From Bacillota bacterium (GTDB lineage: Bacteria > Bacillota_I > Bacilli_A > RFN20 > CAG-826): a stretch of 64,000 nt of DNA. The stretch covers positions 13,033-77,032 of the forward strand of contig JAEWMX010000007.1 of NCBI GenBank assembly GCA_023393065.1. Direction: 5' to 3'. Position 1 is the stretch's first letter; every line of letters begins with the position of its first letter. Of the stretch, positions 19,319 to 28,861 are shown piece after piece. The notes beneath the pieces are model-generated. The model did no database searches. It was not told the origin of the DNA and saw only the letters and a program-made list of their open reading frames with translations. A program made the position numbers and the translations under genes.

Positions 19319-19460
19319 TTTTTATCCCCTTTTTGGCACGGCTACTATTATTACTTTACCATCTTAGGTGGTATTACGCTTATTAAATGTCCAAAAGTTG
19401 AAATAAATTTCAAAGTAGTATCATAACTGATCGATTGCATATAGGGAAGGCCCAACCGTT

Positions 19461-20681
19461 TTATTTATTGACGAGCCTTTTTTCGCCTTGAAGTTCGGTG
19501 ATTGGTTTGATGTTTTGCGTTACTTCGAGGGTGCCGAGATACTCGCCTTTAGCATTTCTTACCGCAAAATAGCGAATGTAGACAAACATCTCTTTCATCT
19601 TGATCCAGAAGTCTTCGTGGTCTTTGCGACCATCTTTAAACGATTCGATAATATCCTCGACGACATGAACCGATGCCGGGGGGTGACACATCGAGACATG
19701 GCGGCCGATGATAGTCGGCGGACGAGCGAAGATGCGTTCCTTGCCTTGCGTGAAATAGCGAACATGGCCTTCGCGATCGACAAAAGTAATGTCAAAAGGT
19801 AAGGTATTGAGCATCGCGTTAACTTGTTCGACGCTAAGCGAGCCGACATCAAAATGAACTTCATCGGCACTTTTTACTAGCGTTTCCTTCTTCTTGCTCT
19901 TAGAGTCTATTTTTGGCGTCTGATTCTTCCATTCGTCTTTAGGCTTTTCAAGGAACCAGCCGATATCGGGAGTCGCGAGTTCGACGCTAATCCAATTAAA
20001 CAAATTCAAATTCTCTTTTAATAAAGGCAGTAAAATATTGTTTTCTTTAGATATCATATCGCGGACCTTGGTAACCGTCTCGCGAATTAATGCGTAGGTT
20101 TTAACCTCGTCAACTGCTGATTCCGATAGTAATTTAATGACATCTTTAATCGCCGAGCGAATCTCGTCGTCGACGCCCCACATGACTTTTGGCGGAGCGG
20201 TAATGCCTTTCTTCTCCAAATGCGGAAAGAAGGCATATTCTTTGCGGGCATAGTGCTTGTCGATTTCTTTCAAACGATCAAATCCGACACGAAGCATCAA
20301 AATAGCGGTTTTGCCGCTTTGATTTAAGTAAGGTTCTATTTCTTCTGATAAAAGCTTTTCTAACCGCCTGTTTTCTTCTAAAAAGACATGAACAGGATGG
20401 CCGGGAATATTATCGACTTCATCTTTTGGAGAGTGAATATCCGAGATTGAGCCATCGAAGACCGCGGCGTGAACATCGCATAGCCGCTGAATCTCTCCGA
20501 CGGTCATCCCCTCTTTGATCAGAGCTTGCTCCATGGTGGTGATTTCGGCGGTCGTAATGCTTCCGAATTCTTCTTTAAACTCCTTTTTAGCCTGCTCGAG
20601 AGATTTTCCTTCATGCAAGCTGCGAATCAACTTTTTAAGTTTCTCCTGGCGTATTGTCTGATTGTTGATAAATTCACTCAT
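19461..20681 (-). CDS. hemerythrin-like / DUF438 / PAS-domain sensor protein
   Basis: 406 aa. Architecture and motifs (PGHPVHVF, HYARKEYAFFPHLEKKG, C-terminal PAS-like FVDREGHVRYF...HVSMCHP) match DUF438-family proteins as I recall them. Confidence 0.55.
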   Translation of the reverse strand: MSEFINNQTIRQEKLKKLIRSLHEGKSLEQAKKEFKEEFGSITTAEITTMEQALIKEGMTVGEIQRLCDVHAAVFDGSISDIHSPKDEVDNIPGHPVHVFLEENRRLEKLLSEEIEPYLNQSGKTAILMLRVGFDRLKEIDKHYARKEYAFFPHLEKKGITAPPKVMWGVDDEIRSAIKDVIKLLSESAVDEVKTYALIRETVTKVRDMISKENNILLPLLKENLNLFNWISVELATPDIGWFLEKPKDEWKNQTPKIDSKSKKKETLVKSADEVHFDVGSLSVEQVNAMLNTLPFDITFVDREGHVRYFTQGKERIFARPPTIIGRHVSMCHPPASVHVVEDIIESFKDGRKDHEDFWIKMKEMFVYIRYFAVRNAKGEYLGTLEVTQNIKPITELQGEKRLVNK

Positions 20682-20913
20682 TGTCTTTCTCCTTAAATGA
20701 AAAGCCTTTATTAATCAGAGAATCTTTGACGATATGCATGTCGATTTTGCGAAGGGAGGCTCCCTGCTTGAGGGTGACAAAGCGACCGACGCTGACGAGC
20801 ATTCCCGGCTTTACGATGTCCTTAAAACCGAGATTGGCAAGGATTTCGACGATTTCCGGAAATTCTTGGCTTAATTCGTAGACTGTCTGATTGATGCTGA
20901 TAAGCTTTTCCAT
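20674..20913 (-). CDS. DUF1858 domain protein
   Basis: 79 aa. ELSQEFPEIVEILANLGF...VGRFVTLKQGA is typical of DUF1858. Overlaps the DUF438 gene by 8 nt. Confidence 0.55.
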   Translation of the reverse strand: MEKLISINQTVYELSQEFPEIVEILANLGFKDIVKPGMLVSVGRFVTLKQGASLRKIDMHIVKDSLINKGFSFKEKDNE

Positions 20914-20985
20914 TGGTACCTACCAATCAAATTATGATATAGAGAAAAATACTTTGCTATCAAAGTGATAAGGAAATAGATGTGG

Positions 20986-21963
20986 TTACAATAGGATGAC
21001 GTTTTCTCGCTCGAGCAAATCGATCATATCTTGCGGCCAGTAGCTGGCTTGGACTTCGCCGATATGCTTTTTTTCCAGAAGAAATTGGCAGATGCGCGAT
21101 TGGCCGATTCCGCCACCGATGGTCAACGGCAAGCGATCGTGAAGAATCGCCTGGTGATAAGGGAATTGTAAGCGATCGAGAGCGTTTCGTTCGGCGAGTT
21201 GTTTTTGCATAGTCTCGGCATCGACGCGAATGCCCATTGAAGAAACTTCCAATACGGCATCGCTGACGGCATCATAAAGCAAAATGTCGCCATTTAAATT
21301 CCAATCATCATAATCGGGTGAGCGACCGTCGTGAATGGCTCCTGATCGCAATTTTCCGCCAACGCGAAACACAAACACGGCTTTGGCGTTTTTCGTTGCT
21401 TGGTATTCGCGTTCTTTGCTCGATAGATGGGGATAGTGATCTTCAAGTTCCTGGCTATCGATAAAAGTGATTTGCGACGGAAGTTTACACGATAGTCCGC
21501 GATAGCGTAAATTGACCACTTTTTCCATCTTCAAAAGCACTTGATAAATCTTTTCGACGGTCGTAAAAAGATAATCTTTGTTGCGCTGGCTTTTTGCGAT
21601 GATTTTCTCCCAATCCCACTGGTCGACATAGATGGAGTGAATATGATCGACAACTTCATCTTTTCGAATCGCATTCATGTCGGCATAGAAACCTTGGCCT
21701 AATTTAAAACCGTATCGTTTCAAAGCCATTCTCTTCCACTTGGCCAGCGATTGAATAATTTCCAACTCTTCATTTAAATAGGAAAAAGAGACGGGCTTTT
21801 CATAGCCGTTTAAGTAATCGTTGATGCCGCTGGCTTTCGAGACGACAACCGGCGAGGAGATGCGGACGAGGTTCAATGCTTTTGCGAGTCTCTTCTCGAA
21901 CTCATCTTTGATAAGTTTGATGGCTATCTCGGTTTCGAGCAGGCTCAATTTGCTCTGATACAT
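20986..21963 (-). CDS. asnA: aspartate--ammonia ligase (asparagine synthetase A)
   Basis: Collinear with E. coli AsnA as I recall it: SLAKWKR, YVDQWDWEK, GGKL...DVRSPDYDDW, LNGDIL, SSMGIRVD, TIGGGIGQSR. Confidence 0.9.
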   Translation of the reverse strand: MYQSKLSLLETEIAIKLIKDEFEKRLAKALNLVRISSPVVVSKASGINDYLNGYEKPVSFSYLNEELEIIQSLAKWKRMALKRYGFKLGQGFYADMNAIRKDEVVDHIHSIYVDQWDWEKIIAKSQRNKDYLFTTVEKIYQVLLKMEKVVNLRYRGLSCKLPSQITFIDSQELEDHYPHLSSKEREYQATKNAKAVFVFRVGGKLRSGAIHDGRSPDYDDWNLNGDILLYDAVSDAVLEVSSMGIRVDAETMQKQLAERNALDRLQFPYHQAILHDRLPLTIGGGIGQSRICQFLLEKKHIGEVQASYWPQDMIDLLERENVILL

Positions 21964-21985
21964 CTTATTTAATCCTCCTAAAAAA

Positions 21986-22200
21986 TAAAAAAGTCCTTAA
22001 TAAAGGACGACAAATCGCGGTACCACCTTAATTCTGAATTGCTTCAGCGCTTTAGCCTCGATAACGGTGAGAACCGGGAAGGTCTACTGAAATTCTTCTT
22101 CCACTCCAAGATGTTAGCTGATCTCTTCTTCCTTGCCGGCTCGCACCAAACCCGGTTCGCTAATAAGAAGATATGAGGGCCGTTCTTTTCGACGAGTTAG
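21986..22200 (-). ncRNA. T-box leader (tRNA-sensing riboswitch) controlling asnA
   Basis: Minus-strand RNA contains stem I elements UUAGCGA (AG bulge) and GGUGCGAG (distal loop). It also has the T-box sequence AAUUAAGGUGGUACCGCG and the terminator GUCCUU-UAUU-AAGGAC plus a U-run just before the AGGAGG RBS. Confidence 0.8.
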
Positions 22201-22204
22201 TAAA

Positions 22205-22233
22205 ATTATGGCAACACCCCACAGCTATGTCAA
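22205..22233 (-). promoter_or_regulatory. sigma-70-type promoter of the asnA T-box leader
   Basis: On the minus strand: TTGACA, 17-nt spacer, CATAAT. Confidence 0.6.
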
Positions 22234-22340
22234 CATAAGGCCGTCTGAGTGACTCGGCAAAAAAGTCTCATTTAATCAAAATAATATATTTATGCTTTTT
22301 GGGATTTGATATCTTGATAGCAAGCACTAAGGAGGTTCGT

Positions 22341-23396
22341 ATGCAATTTTCAAAATATGTCGACGAGAAAACAAAACGCGAATACTTTCAACATTCACAT
22401 CTGATCTACCTCTCGACCTTCTTTGCTTTTTTTGCCATCATTCCCCTCTTCTTCATCGCCAAAAGCATCTTGGTCGCAGCCATTTCATTTGCCACGATGG
22501 GAATAACCGCCATCGTCGTTTTAATCAACCGTCGCGGCTACTATGGATTGGCTTCCTTTCTTTTTATTCTTGCTATCATCATCCAATCCGCGGCTGAAGT
22601 GATCGTCTTCGGGCTCGGAGTCGGCTTTCAATACTATTTTTTTAATATGGCCGTCCTCATCATCTTTGCCAAGTGGACAAATGTCCAGAAGTTAATTGCT
22701 GCCGCCATTGAAATTTTAATCTTTATCGCGGTCTTGCTCGTCTCCTGGCAATATTCGCCATTCGTCGTGATGAGCAATCCGATGGCTTTGACTTTTCATA
22801 TCATAAATATCGTTTTAAATATCGTCGGTGTCGCTCGCACATCGCATCATTTTATGGCTTTGGCCCGCAGTGCCGAAAAAGACCTATTTAAATATGCGCA
22901 AACCGATTATCTGACGAATCTTCCCAACCGCGCCGGCTTTCACTATTTCGTCCACGACATAAAAAATAAATATCGAGGAAGGCAACTGCCGACCGTCTCG
23001 GTTTTAATGATCGATATCGATAACTTTAAGAATATCAATGATAAATACGGTCACTCTGCAGGTGATGAAGTGTTAATTTCTCTAGGCAAGACTTTTAAAG
23101 AGCGAATTCGCGAAAACGATTTCTTGGCCCGCTATGGCGGCGAAGAATTCGTCATCGTTCACTTTTCTGCAACCGGTGAGGAAACGCAAAATTTTGCCGA
23201 ATCGCTTCGCCTGGAAATTGAAAGTCGCACTTATCACATCGAAGAAAAAGATATTCGCTTGTCAATCAGCATCGGGGCGCTTTTTAAACCGTCGGCGATT
23301 AAAATGGATTGCGAAGAAGCCGTAAGTGAAGCCGATAAGCTTCTATACCAAGCCAAAAAGGAAGGCCGTAACCGCGTTGTTTATAAATCTTTATAA
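22341..23396 (+). CDS. membrane-bound diguanylate cyclase (GGDEF domain)
   Basis: Five or six N-terminal TM helices. RYGGEEFVIV active site with an RxxD I-site (REND) five residues upstream. ATG 22341 follows AAGGAGG; the track's TTG at 22299 is unlikely. Confidence 0.85.
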   Translation: MQFSKYVDEKTKREYFQHSHLIYLSTFFAFFAIIPLFFIAKSILVAAISFATMGITAIVVLINRRGYYGLASFLFILAIIIQSAAEVIVFGLGVGFQYYFFNMAVLIIFAKWTNVQKLIAAAIEILIFIAVLLVSWQYSPFVVMSNPMALTFHIINIVLNIVGVARTSHHFMALARSAEKDLFKYAQTDYLTNLPNRAGFHYFVHDIKNKYRGRQLPTVSVLMIDIDNFKNINDKYGHSAGDEVLISLGKTFKERIRENDFLARYGGEEFVIVHFSATGEETQNFAESLRLEIESRTYHIEEKDIRLSISIGALFKPSAIKMDCEEAVSEADKLLYQAKKEGRNRVVYKSL

Positions 23397-24461
23397 TTAA
23401 CTAATCATCAAAGAGAAATCTTCGAATTGCGAGCGTTTGCTCTTAAGGTCTAGGCGCATATTTTCTTCGTGCTTGCGAATGTATTCTAAACGCCCATCTT
23501 CGATTTTGAAAAGAGCGATAATATCGAGCCTTATCTCTTCGAAAGCTCGCCAGTAGAGTTCGATGAGATAATCAAAAAGGGCAATGACTTTGAAGTCGCT
23601 CTCATCGATGAGGTGCTCGTGCGTAAAGACCGAAGCAACTTGGTAATGGGGATAGTACCGGGCGAGTCCGGCGGCCTCCTGCAGCGTTCGTGCCGATAGT
23701 TCGCCTTTGATGTTGACGACGCCCTTTGCCCAGACAAAGCGCTGGTGCTCCCACCACTTTGCCGATTTAGCGCGGCTGTGGGCTTGATCGCGGAGGCTAT
23801 CCAATTCGGCTTTGCTCGCCGGAGCTAAGCCCATCATCTTTTTCATCGTGTTTTTGCGCTCGGCGAATAAGTTGCTCGTCTTTTGTTTTCCCTTGAGCAT
23901 TATCTTTAGATAAGAAATATTTTCGAGTAGAGATCGCCATATGATAAAGGCATCGGAATACTGATTGACGGAAATGAGGCGAATGCCGGAAATCATCTGA
24001 TCGATTAGACGCTTTAAAAGAGTCTGGGGAATATCCTTATTGCTTTCATCTTTCATCAGCCAATAATAGCCGTTGATAATTTCTTTGAGATGATCGACAC
24101 GCGAATCGTCTTCCAGATTGACAAAGGTAAAGATGTGGTCAGGATTATTCTTGTTAATTAGCGATTCGCATTTCTGAGAGACGATTTTGCGCAGGTAATC
24201 GGGTTGGCGAAAATAATTATGCTTCAAATCCTCGGTCATACTGTTGAATTTATTGTTGTGCGTTTGAATGACTTCTCGGGCAAATTCTTCGAAAGATTTA
24301 ATGCCGACTGCGTCGCTGCATTGGCTGCGATAGATCTTGTAGCCCTCGCTGATGCGCTCACAAAAATAGTTGAGTTTGGCGGGAATATATGGATATCGAC
24401 CCGCATCCTCGATCAGCATTTTTTTGACGAAATTATGTGAGAGTTGTTTATCTTTTGCCAT
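23397..24461 (-). CDS. hypothetical protein (possibly DUF5677-like C-terminal half)
   Basis: 354-aa soluble, helical-looking protein with no motif I can assign firmly. Its stop abuts the GGDEF gene stop with zero spacer. Confidence 0.5.
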   Translation of the reverse strand: MAKDKQLSHNFVKKMLIEDAGRYPYIPAKLNYFCERISEGYKIYRSQCSDAVGIKSFEEFAREVIQTHNNKFNSMTEDLKHNYFRQPDYLRKIVSQKCESLINKNNPDHIFTFVNLEDDSRVDHLKEIINGYYWLMKDESNKDIPQTLLKRLIDQMISGIRLISVNQYSDAFIIWRSLLENISYLKIMLKGKQKTSNLFAERKNTMKKMMGLAPASKAELDSLRDQAHSRAKSAKWWEHQRFVWAKGVVNIKGELSARTLQEAAGLARYYPHYQVASVFTHEHLIDESDFKVIALFDYLIELYWRAFEEIRLDIIALFKIEDGRLEYIRKHEENMRLDLKSKRSQFEDFSLMIS

Positions 24462-24626
24462 ACGTAATTAATTATAAGTTTTAACCACCTCATAAGCAAA
24501 TGAGGTTCAAAGCTTTTTAAAGAGATGGCTTATTTAAACGCTTTCACCTCCAAAAGCCTTAAATCTTGATTTAAATCTATTTATTTTTCCGACGGCTTAG
24601 GTAGAATAGAAGCGTCGGAGCAACGC

Positions 24627-26387
24627 ATGATTTTATTAAAACACTTTCGGCACTACTATCTAAAATACGGGCTGTACTTTCTTTTTGGCATCGCTATTTT
24701 GGTCGTCATCGACTGGTATCAACTCGAAATACCCCGCATCGTCAAAACGATTATCGATGGTGTCGAAACGCAAACGATTACGCATCTATCGCAAGTTCTT
24801 AAACCGCTTTTAACCGTCAGTTTAATCGTCGCCGGCATTACGATCGGTCGCTTTTTGTGGCGCCTTCTATTGTTCGGAGCGGGAAGAAAAATCGAAACCG
24901 ATATTCGCCAGGAGATGTTCACACACGCCACAAGGCTTGATCAAAACTTCTATTCCCAGCAAAAAATCGGGGGGTTGATGAGCTATTTTATCAATGATTT
25001 AGGAACTGTCCGCGAACTATATGGATTTGGATTATTGATGATTGTCGACGGCGTCGTCCTCGGAGCTTTTGTCTTGATTCGCATGTTCATGCTCGACTGG
25101 GTGATGACTCTCTATTCCTTCATTCCCATCGCTTTGATGGGCGTTCTCGTCTTCTTCCTCGAGCTGAAGATGGAGCAGAAATTCAAACTTCGCCAAGAGG
25201 CTTTTGAGCAAGCTAGCGACTTCGCCCAGGAATCCTTTACCGGCATCACCGTCATCAAAGCTTATGTTCGCGAAGCCGCTGAAGCCCTCGGTTTCAAGAA
25301 TCGATCGCAAGAGGTCTATCGCAAGTCGATGGATCACATGCGCTACGCCATCATCGTCAACATCATCATCGACTCGATGATTAGCATCGTCATCTTAGCC
25401 ATCATCACCTTTGGCTCGATCATGATTGCCCGAGGTGATTTATCAAGTGGCGAACTCACTGAATACATCTCATACTTCTTTACGCTGCTATGGCCGGTAT
25501 TCGCCATCTCTTGGTTTATGAATATCAACGGGCAAGCCCAAGCTTCCGCTAAGCGCATCTATGCTTTTCTCGAATCGAAAGCCATCGTCAAAGAGGATGA
25601 GGCAGCAATTCGCGATGCTGTTCTCGACGGTTCGATTGCTTTTAGTCACCTCACTTTTGCGTATCCCGATGCTGAAGAACCAATCTTAAAGGACATCTCT
25701 TTTAATATTAAGGCTGGGGAGATGGTCGGCATTTTAGGTAAGACCGGAAGCGGTAAATCGACTTTGGTCGAATTGCTTCTCCATGTTTATAATGTCGATA
25801 AAAACATGATTAAATATGGCCAATTCGACCACACCGAATTGGCTCTTAAAACCTTGAGAGGGCATATCGGTTATGTTCCGCAAGATAATTTTCTCTTTTC
25901 CGATACGATAAAAAATAACATCGGTTTTGCTTTTGAACAAATCGATGAGGATAAGCTGCTTGAAGTCGGCAAACTCGCGGACATCCATAGCGACGTCATG
26001 AGTTTTAAAGAGGGATATGAGACGATTCTCGGCGAGCGAGGCGTGACGATTTCCGGCGGGCAAAAGCAACGCGTTTCAATCGCTCGCGCCTTAGCTAAAG
26101 ATCCGACGATTTTGATTCTCGATGATTCCGTCTCCGCCGTCGATACCAAGACTGAAGAAGATATTATTCGCAACCTCAGACGAGTTCGCAAAGGCAAGAC
26201 GACGCTGATGATCGCCCACCGCATCTCGACTGTCCGCCGCCTCGACAAGATCGTCTTAATCGATCAAGGACGCCTCGTCGGTTTCGGCACTCATAACGAG
26301 TTGATTAAAACGAATTCTTTATATAAAGAGATGTACAATTTGCAGAAACTTGAAGAATTAGTTGGGGAGGAGGCCGCCCATGCGTGA
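24627..26387 (+). CDS. ABC exporter permease/ATPase, subunit with degenerate catalytic site (heterodimer partner 1)
   Basis: Six TM helices plus an NBD. Walker A GKTGSGKST, signature ISGGQKQR, Walker B ILILDD (Asp in place of the catalytic Glu). Confidence 0.85.
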   Translation: MILLKHFRHYYLKYGLYFLFGIAILVVIDWYQLEIPRIVKTIIDGVETQTITHLSQVLKPLLTVSLIVAGITIGRFLWRLLLFGAGRKIETDIRQEMFTHATRLDQNFYSQQKIGGLMSYFINDLGTVRELYGFGLLMIVDGVVLGAFVLIRMFMLDWVMTLYSFIPIALMGVLVFFLELKMEQKFKLRQEAFEQASDFAQESFTGITVIKAYVREAAEALGFKNRSQEVYRKSMDHMRYAIIVNIIIDSMISIVILAIITFGSIMIARGDLSSGELTEYISYFFTLLWPVFAISWFMNINGQAQASAKRIYAFLESKAIVKEDEAAIRDAVLDGSIAFSHLTFAYPDAEEPILKDISFNIKAGEMVGILGKTGSGKSTLVELLLHVYNVDKNMIKYGQFDHTELALKTLRGHIGYVPQDNFLFSDTIKNNIGFAFEQIDEDKLLEVGKLADIHSDVMSFKEGYETILGERGVTISGGQKQRVSIARALAKDPTILILDDSVSAVDTKTEEDIIRNLRRVRKGKTTLMIAHRISTVRRLDKIVLIDQGRLVGFGTHNELIKTNSLYKEMYNLQKLEELVGEEAAHA

Positions 26388-28167
26388 TTTTGTCGAAAAC
26401 CACGAAGCTCATCAAGACCTCAAGCTCCTCGCCCGCTTGCTTCGCTATTTTAAGCCCTACACTGCAAAGTTTGTCTGGGCTTTTCTGCTCATGATCATCA
26501 CGACGTTCACCAACATGATCATGCCCTTAGCCTCCGGCCTCGCTATCGATTTAATGGTTGACCCGGCCTTTAGTCTCGAGCAGAAAATAACTGTCGTCAT
26601 TATCGGTGCCGCCATTTTGCTCGTCATCACCGGTCTATCGATTCTCATCGGTTATTTTCAAAGCATCATGCTCCAGCGCATCGGTCAAAAAATAACCGAT
26701 CAGATGCGCAACGAAGTTTTTGCACACATCGAGTCGCTATCGATCGGCCAAATCAATCAGCTGCCGGTGGGAAAGCTCGTGACCAGAGCCACCAATGACC
26801 CTGGCAACATCTCGGAGATGTTCACCAATACGATCGTCAATCTCATTCGTAACTTTTTGTTTATGATTGTCATCGCCATCATCATGTTTGTCATCGAGTG
26901 GCGCATGGCGCTCGTCACGATGGCGGTCGTGCCTTTGATCTTCCTGGCTTCCGTATTATTTCGACGTTTCTCGAGAAACGCCTATCGAAGTGTCCGCAAC
27001 AATGTCTCGGAAGTCAATGCGTTTCTATCGGAAAATCTCTCGGGCATGAAAATAACTCAGGTTTTCAACCAAGAAGAAAAGAAAATCAAAGAATTCACGA
27101 CGATTAATCAACGGCTCAAGAAAAGCTATTTCCGCGAAATATATACATTCGGCATATATCGTCCCGTCATCTATTTTTTGGCGATGGTCGCAACCATTTT
27201 GACATTATATTTCGGAGTCAGTTCAATCTTCGACAATTTTTTGACGATTGGCCTCTTCGTCTCCTTTTATGTTTATGTCGGTCAGTTCTTTGAACCTATT
27301 CAACAGATTGCCGAGCAGTTCAATTCCCTCCAAAATGGCTTTGCCAGCGCCGAAAAAATATTCGACGTCTTAGATACAAAACCCGATATTCAAGATGCCG
27401 AAGACGCCATCGAACTCACTTCTTTCTCCGGTTCCATCGAGTTTAAGGATGTCTGGTTTAGCTATGTCCCAGGTGAGTGGGTGCTCAAAGGCGTCTCTTT
27501 TAGCGTCTCGCCAAACGAAACGATCGCCCTCGTCGGTGCGACCGGAAGTGGCAAGACGACGATATTGCAGTTGATCGTCCGCAATTACGAGATTCAAAAG
27601 GGCCAGATCCTCATCGATGGAATCGACATTCGCCGCCTCAAGCGTTCAGCGCTCCGTTCATTTGTCGGTCAGATGCTTCAGGATGTTTTCCTCTTCTCGG
27701 GCACGATTCGCGATAACATCACTTTAAAAAACGACCGTTTCACCGAAGAAGACATAAATAAAGCGGCCGACTATGTCGGACTCGACCACGTCTTGAATAA
27801 GTTGCCCGAGGGTTTAAATCACATCGTCAGAGAGCGGGGCAACAACTTCTCAAGCGGCGAACGCCAACTCATCTCCTTTGCTCGAGCCGTGACATATAAG
27901 CCGACGGTGATGACCCTTGATGAAGCGACGGCTAATATCGATTCGGAAACCGAATCCATCATTCAATCCTCGCTTTCAAAGATGATGAATATTTCGACGA
28001 TGATTATCGTCGCTCACCGCCTCTCGACCATTCAGCACTGCAATAAAATCTTAGTCATGCAAAAAGGCGAGATTATCGAATCCGGTAACCATCAAGAACT
28101 ACTAAAGAAAAAAGGCATTTATTATAACCTTTATCAGTTGCAATACGAGCGCAGAGAAGCAATATAA
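26380..28167 (+). CDS. ABC exporter permease/ATPase, consensus-site subunit (heterodimer partner 2)
   Basis: Walker A GATGSGKTT, Walker B VMTLDEAT (consensus Glu), deviant signature FSSGERQ. ATG 26380 overlaps the upstream stop (ATGCGTGA) and follows GGGGAGGAGG. Confidence 0.85.
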   Translation: MRDFVENHEAHQDLKLLARLLRYFKPYTAKFVWAFLLMIITTFTNMIMPLASGLAIDLMVDPAFSLEQKITVVIIGAAILLVITGLSILIGYFQSIMLQRIGQKITDQMRNEVFAHIESLSIGQINQLPVGKLVTRATNDPGNISEMFTNTIVNLIRNFLFMIVIAIIMFVIEWRMALVTMAVVPLIFLASVLFRRFSRNAYRSVRNNVSEVNAFLSENLSGMKITQVFNQEEKKIKEFTTINQRLKKSYFREIYTFGIYRPVIYFLAMVATILTLYFGVSSIFDNFLTIGLFVSFYVYVGQFFEPIQQIAEQFNSLQNGFASAEKIFDVLDTKPDIQDAEDAIELTSFSGSIEFKDVWFSYVPGEWVLKGVSFSVSPNETIALVGATGSGKTTILQLIVRNYEIQKGQILIDGIDIRRLKRSALRSFVGQMLQDVFLFSGTIRDNITLKNDRFTEEDINKAADYVGLDHVLNKLPEGLNHIVRERGNNFSSGERQLISFARAVTYKPTVMTLDEATANIDSETESIIQSSLSKMMNISTMIIVAHRLSTIQHCNKILVMQKGEIIESGNHQELLKKKGIYYNLYQLQYERREAI

Positions 28168-28365
28168 TCTTTCTTTGCAAACGAAATTAGGTAAAGGTGT
28201 CTCCTCATTCTACTGAGAAGTGATTTTTTTCAATATACAAGTTATAGGCGAGTAGGAATTGGCGTTGTAAAATATCATCGGGAGAAACAAATATGATTAA
28301 CCAAATAGAAATCGGACATTATATTGCGAAAATCAGCAAATAGTCCACGAGGAAAGGCGAAGAGA

Positions 28366-28842
28366 CTAGAAGATTATCGATTCGACAGTTTGCTTAATTA
28401 ACTCCTGGCGCTTCTTATTGCTCCAGTCGACGATACTAGTGCCCTTAATCAGGGCGCTTTTGTTATTTAAAGCCTTGATAAATTGATTAATAGCGGAGTT
28501 ACCACCCATCCAGCGAAAAGGAAAGTGCTGAGTCATGAAGCCAAAAACAGGTTTTCCGTCAATGCCTTCAGCTTTCGCTAAAAAAGCCTTCATCACCGAG
28601 GAGAGGCCAAAGCCGCGAACCGGAGCCCCGAAGACATAGGCGTCATATCCCGCCGTCTGCGGGCAATTCGTCAAAATAACCTTGCCGGCTTCTAGCTCTT
28701 CATCGTTTTGGGCCACAACTCGCTCAAGGGAGACTTGATGGCCTTGGGCGATGAGTTTGGTTTTGATCATTTCGGCCACCGACAGCGTATTGCCGGTTTT
28801 TGAGTGGATGATGATGGCGATTTTTAAATTGCTTTCTTCCAT
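28366..28842 (-). CDS. flavodoxin family protein
   Basis: KIAIIIHSKTGNT N-terminal FMN-phosphate loop; 158 aa. Confidence 0.65.
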   Translation of the reverse strand: MEESNLKIAIIIHSKTGNTLSVAEMIKTKLIAQGHQVSLERVVAQNDEELEAGKVILTNCPQTAGYDAYVFGAPVRGFGLSSVMKAFLAKAEGIDGKPVFGFMTQHFPFRWMGGNSAINQFIKALNNKSALIKGTSIVDWSNKKRQELIKQTVESIIF

Positions 28843-28861
28843 AGGCTATCCTCGATAAATA

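Noticed and set aside
28293-28343. A 16-codon mini-ORF (MINQIEIGHYIAKISK) with an RBS, resembling the first helix of an XRE-type HTH regulator. Possibly a gene remnant.
   Set aside because: It is too short, and the sequence after the stop does not continue an HTH in any frame. Similarity cannot be judged without a search.
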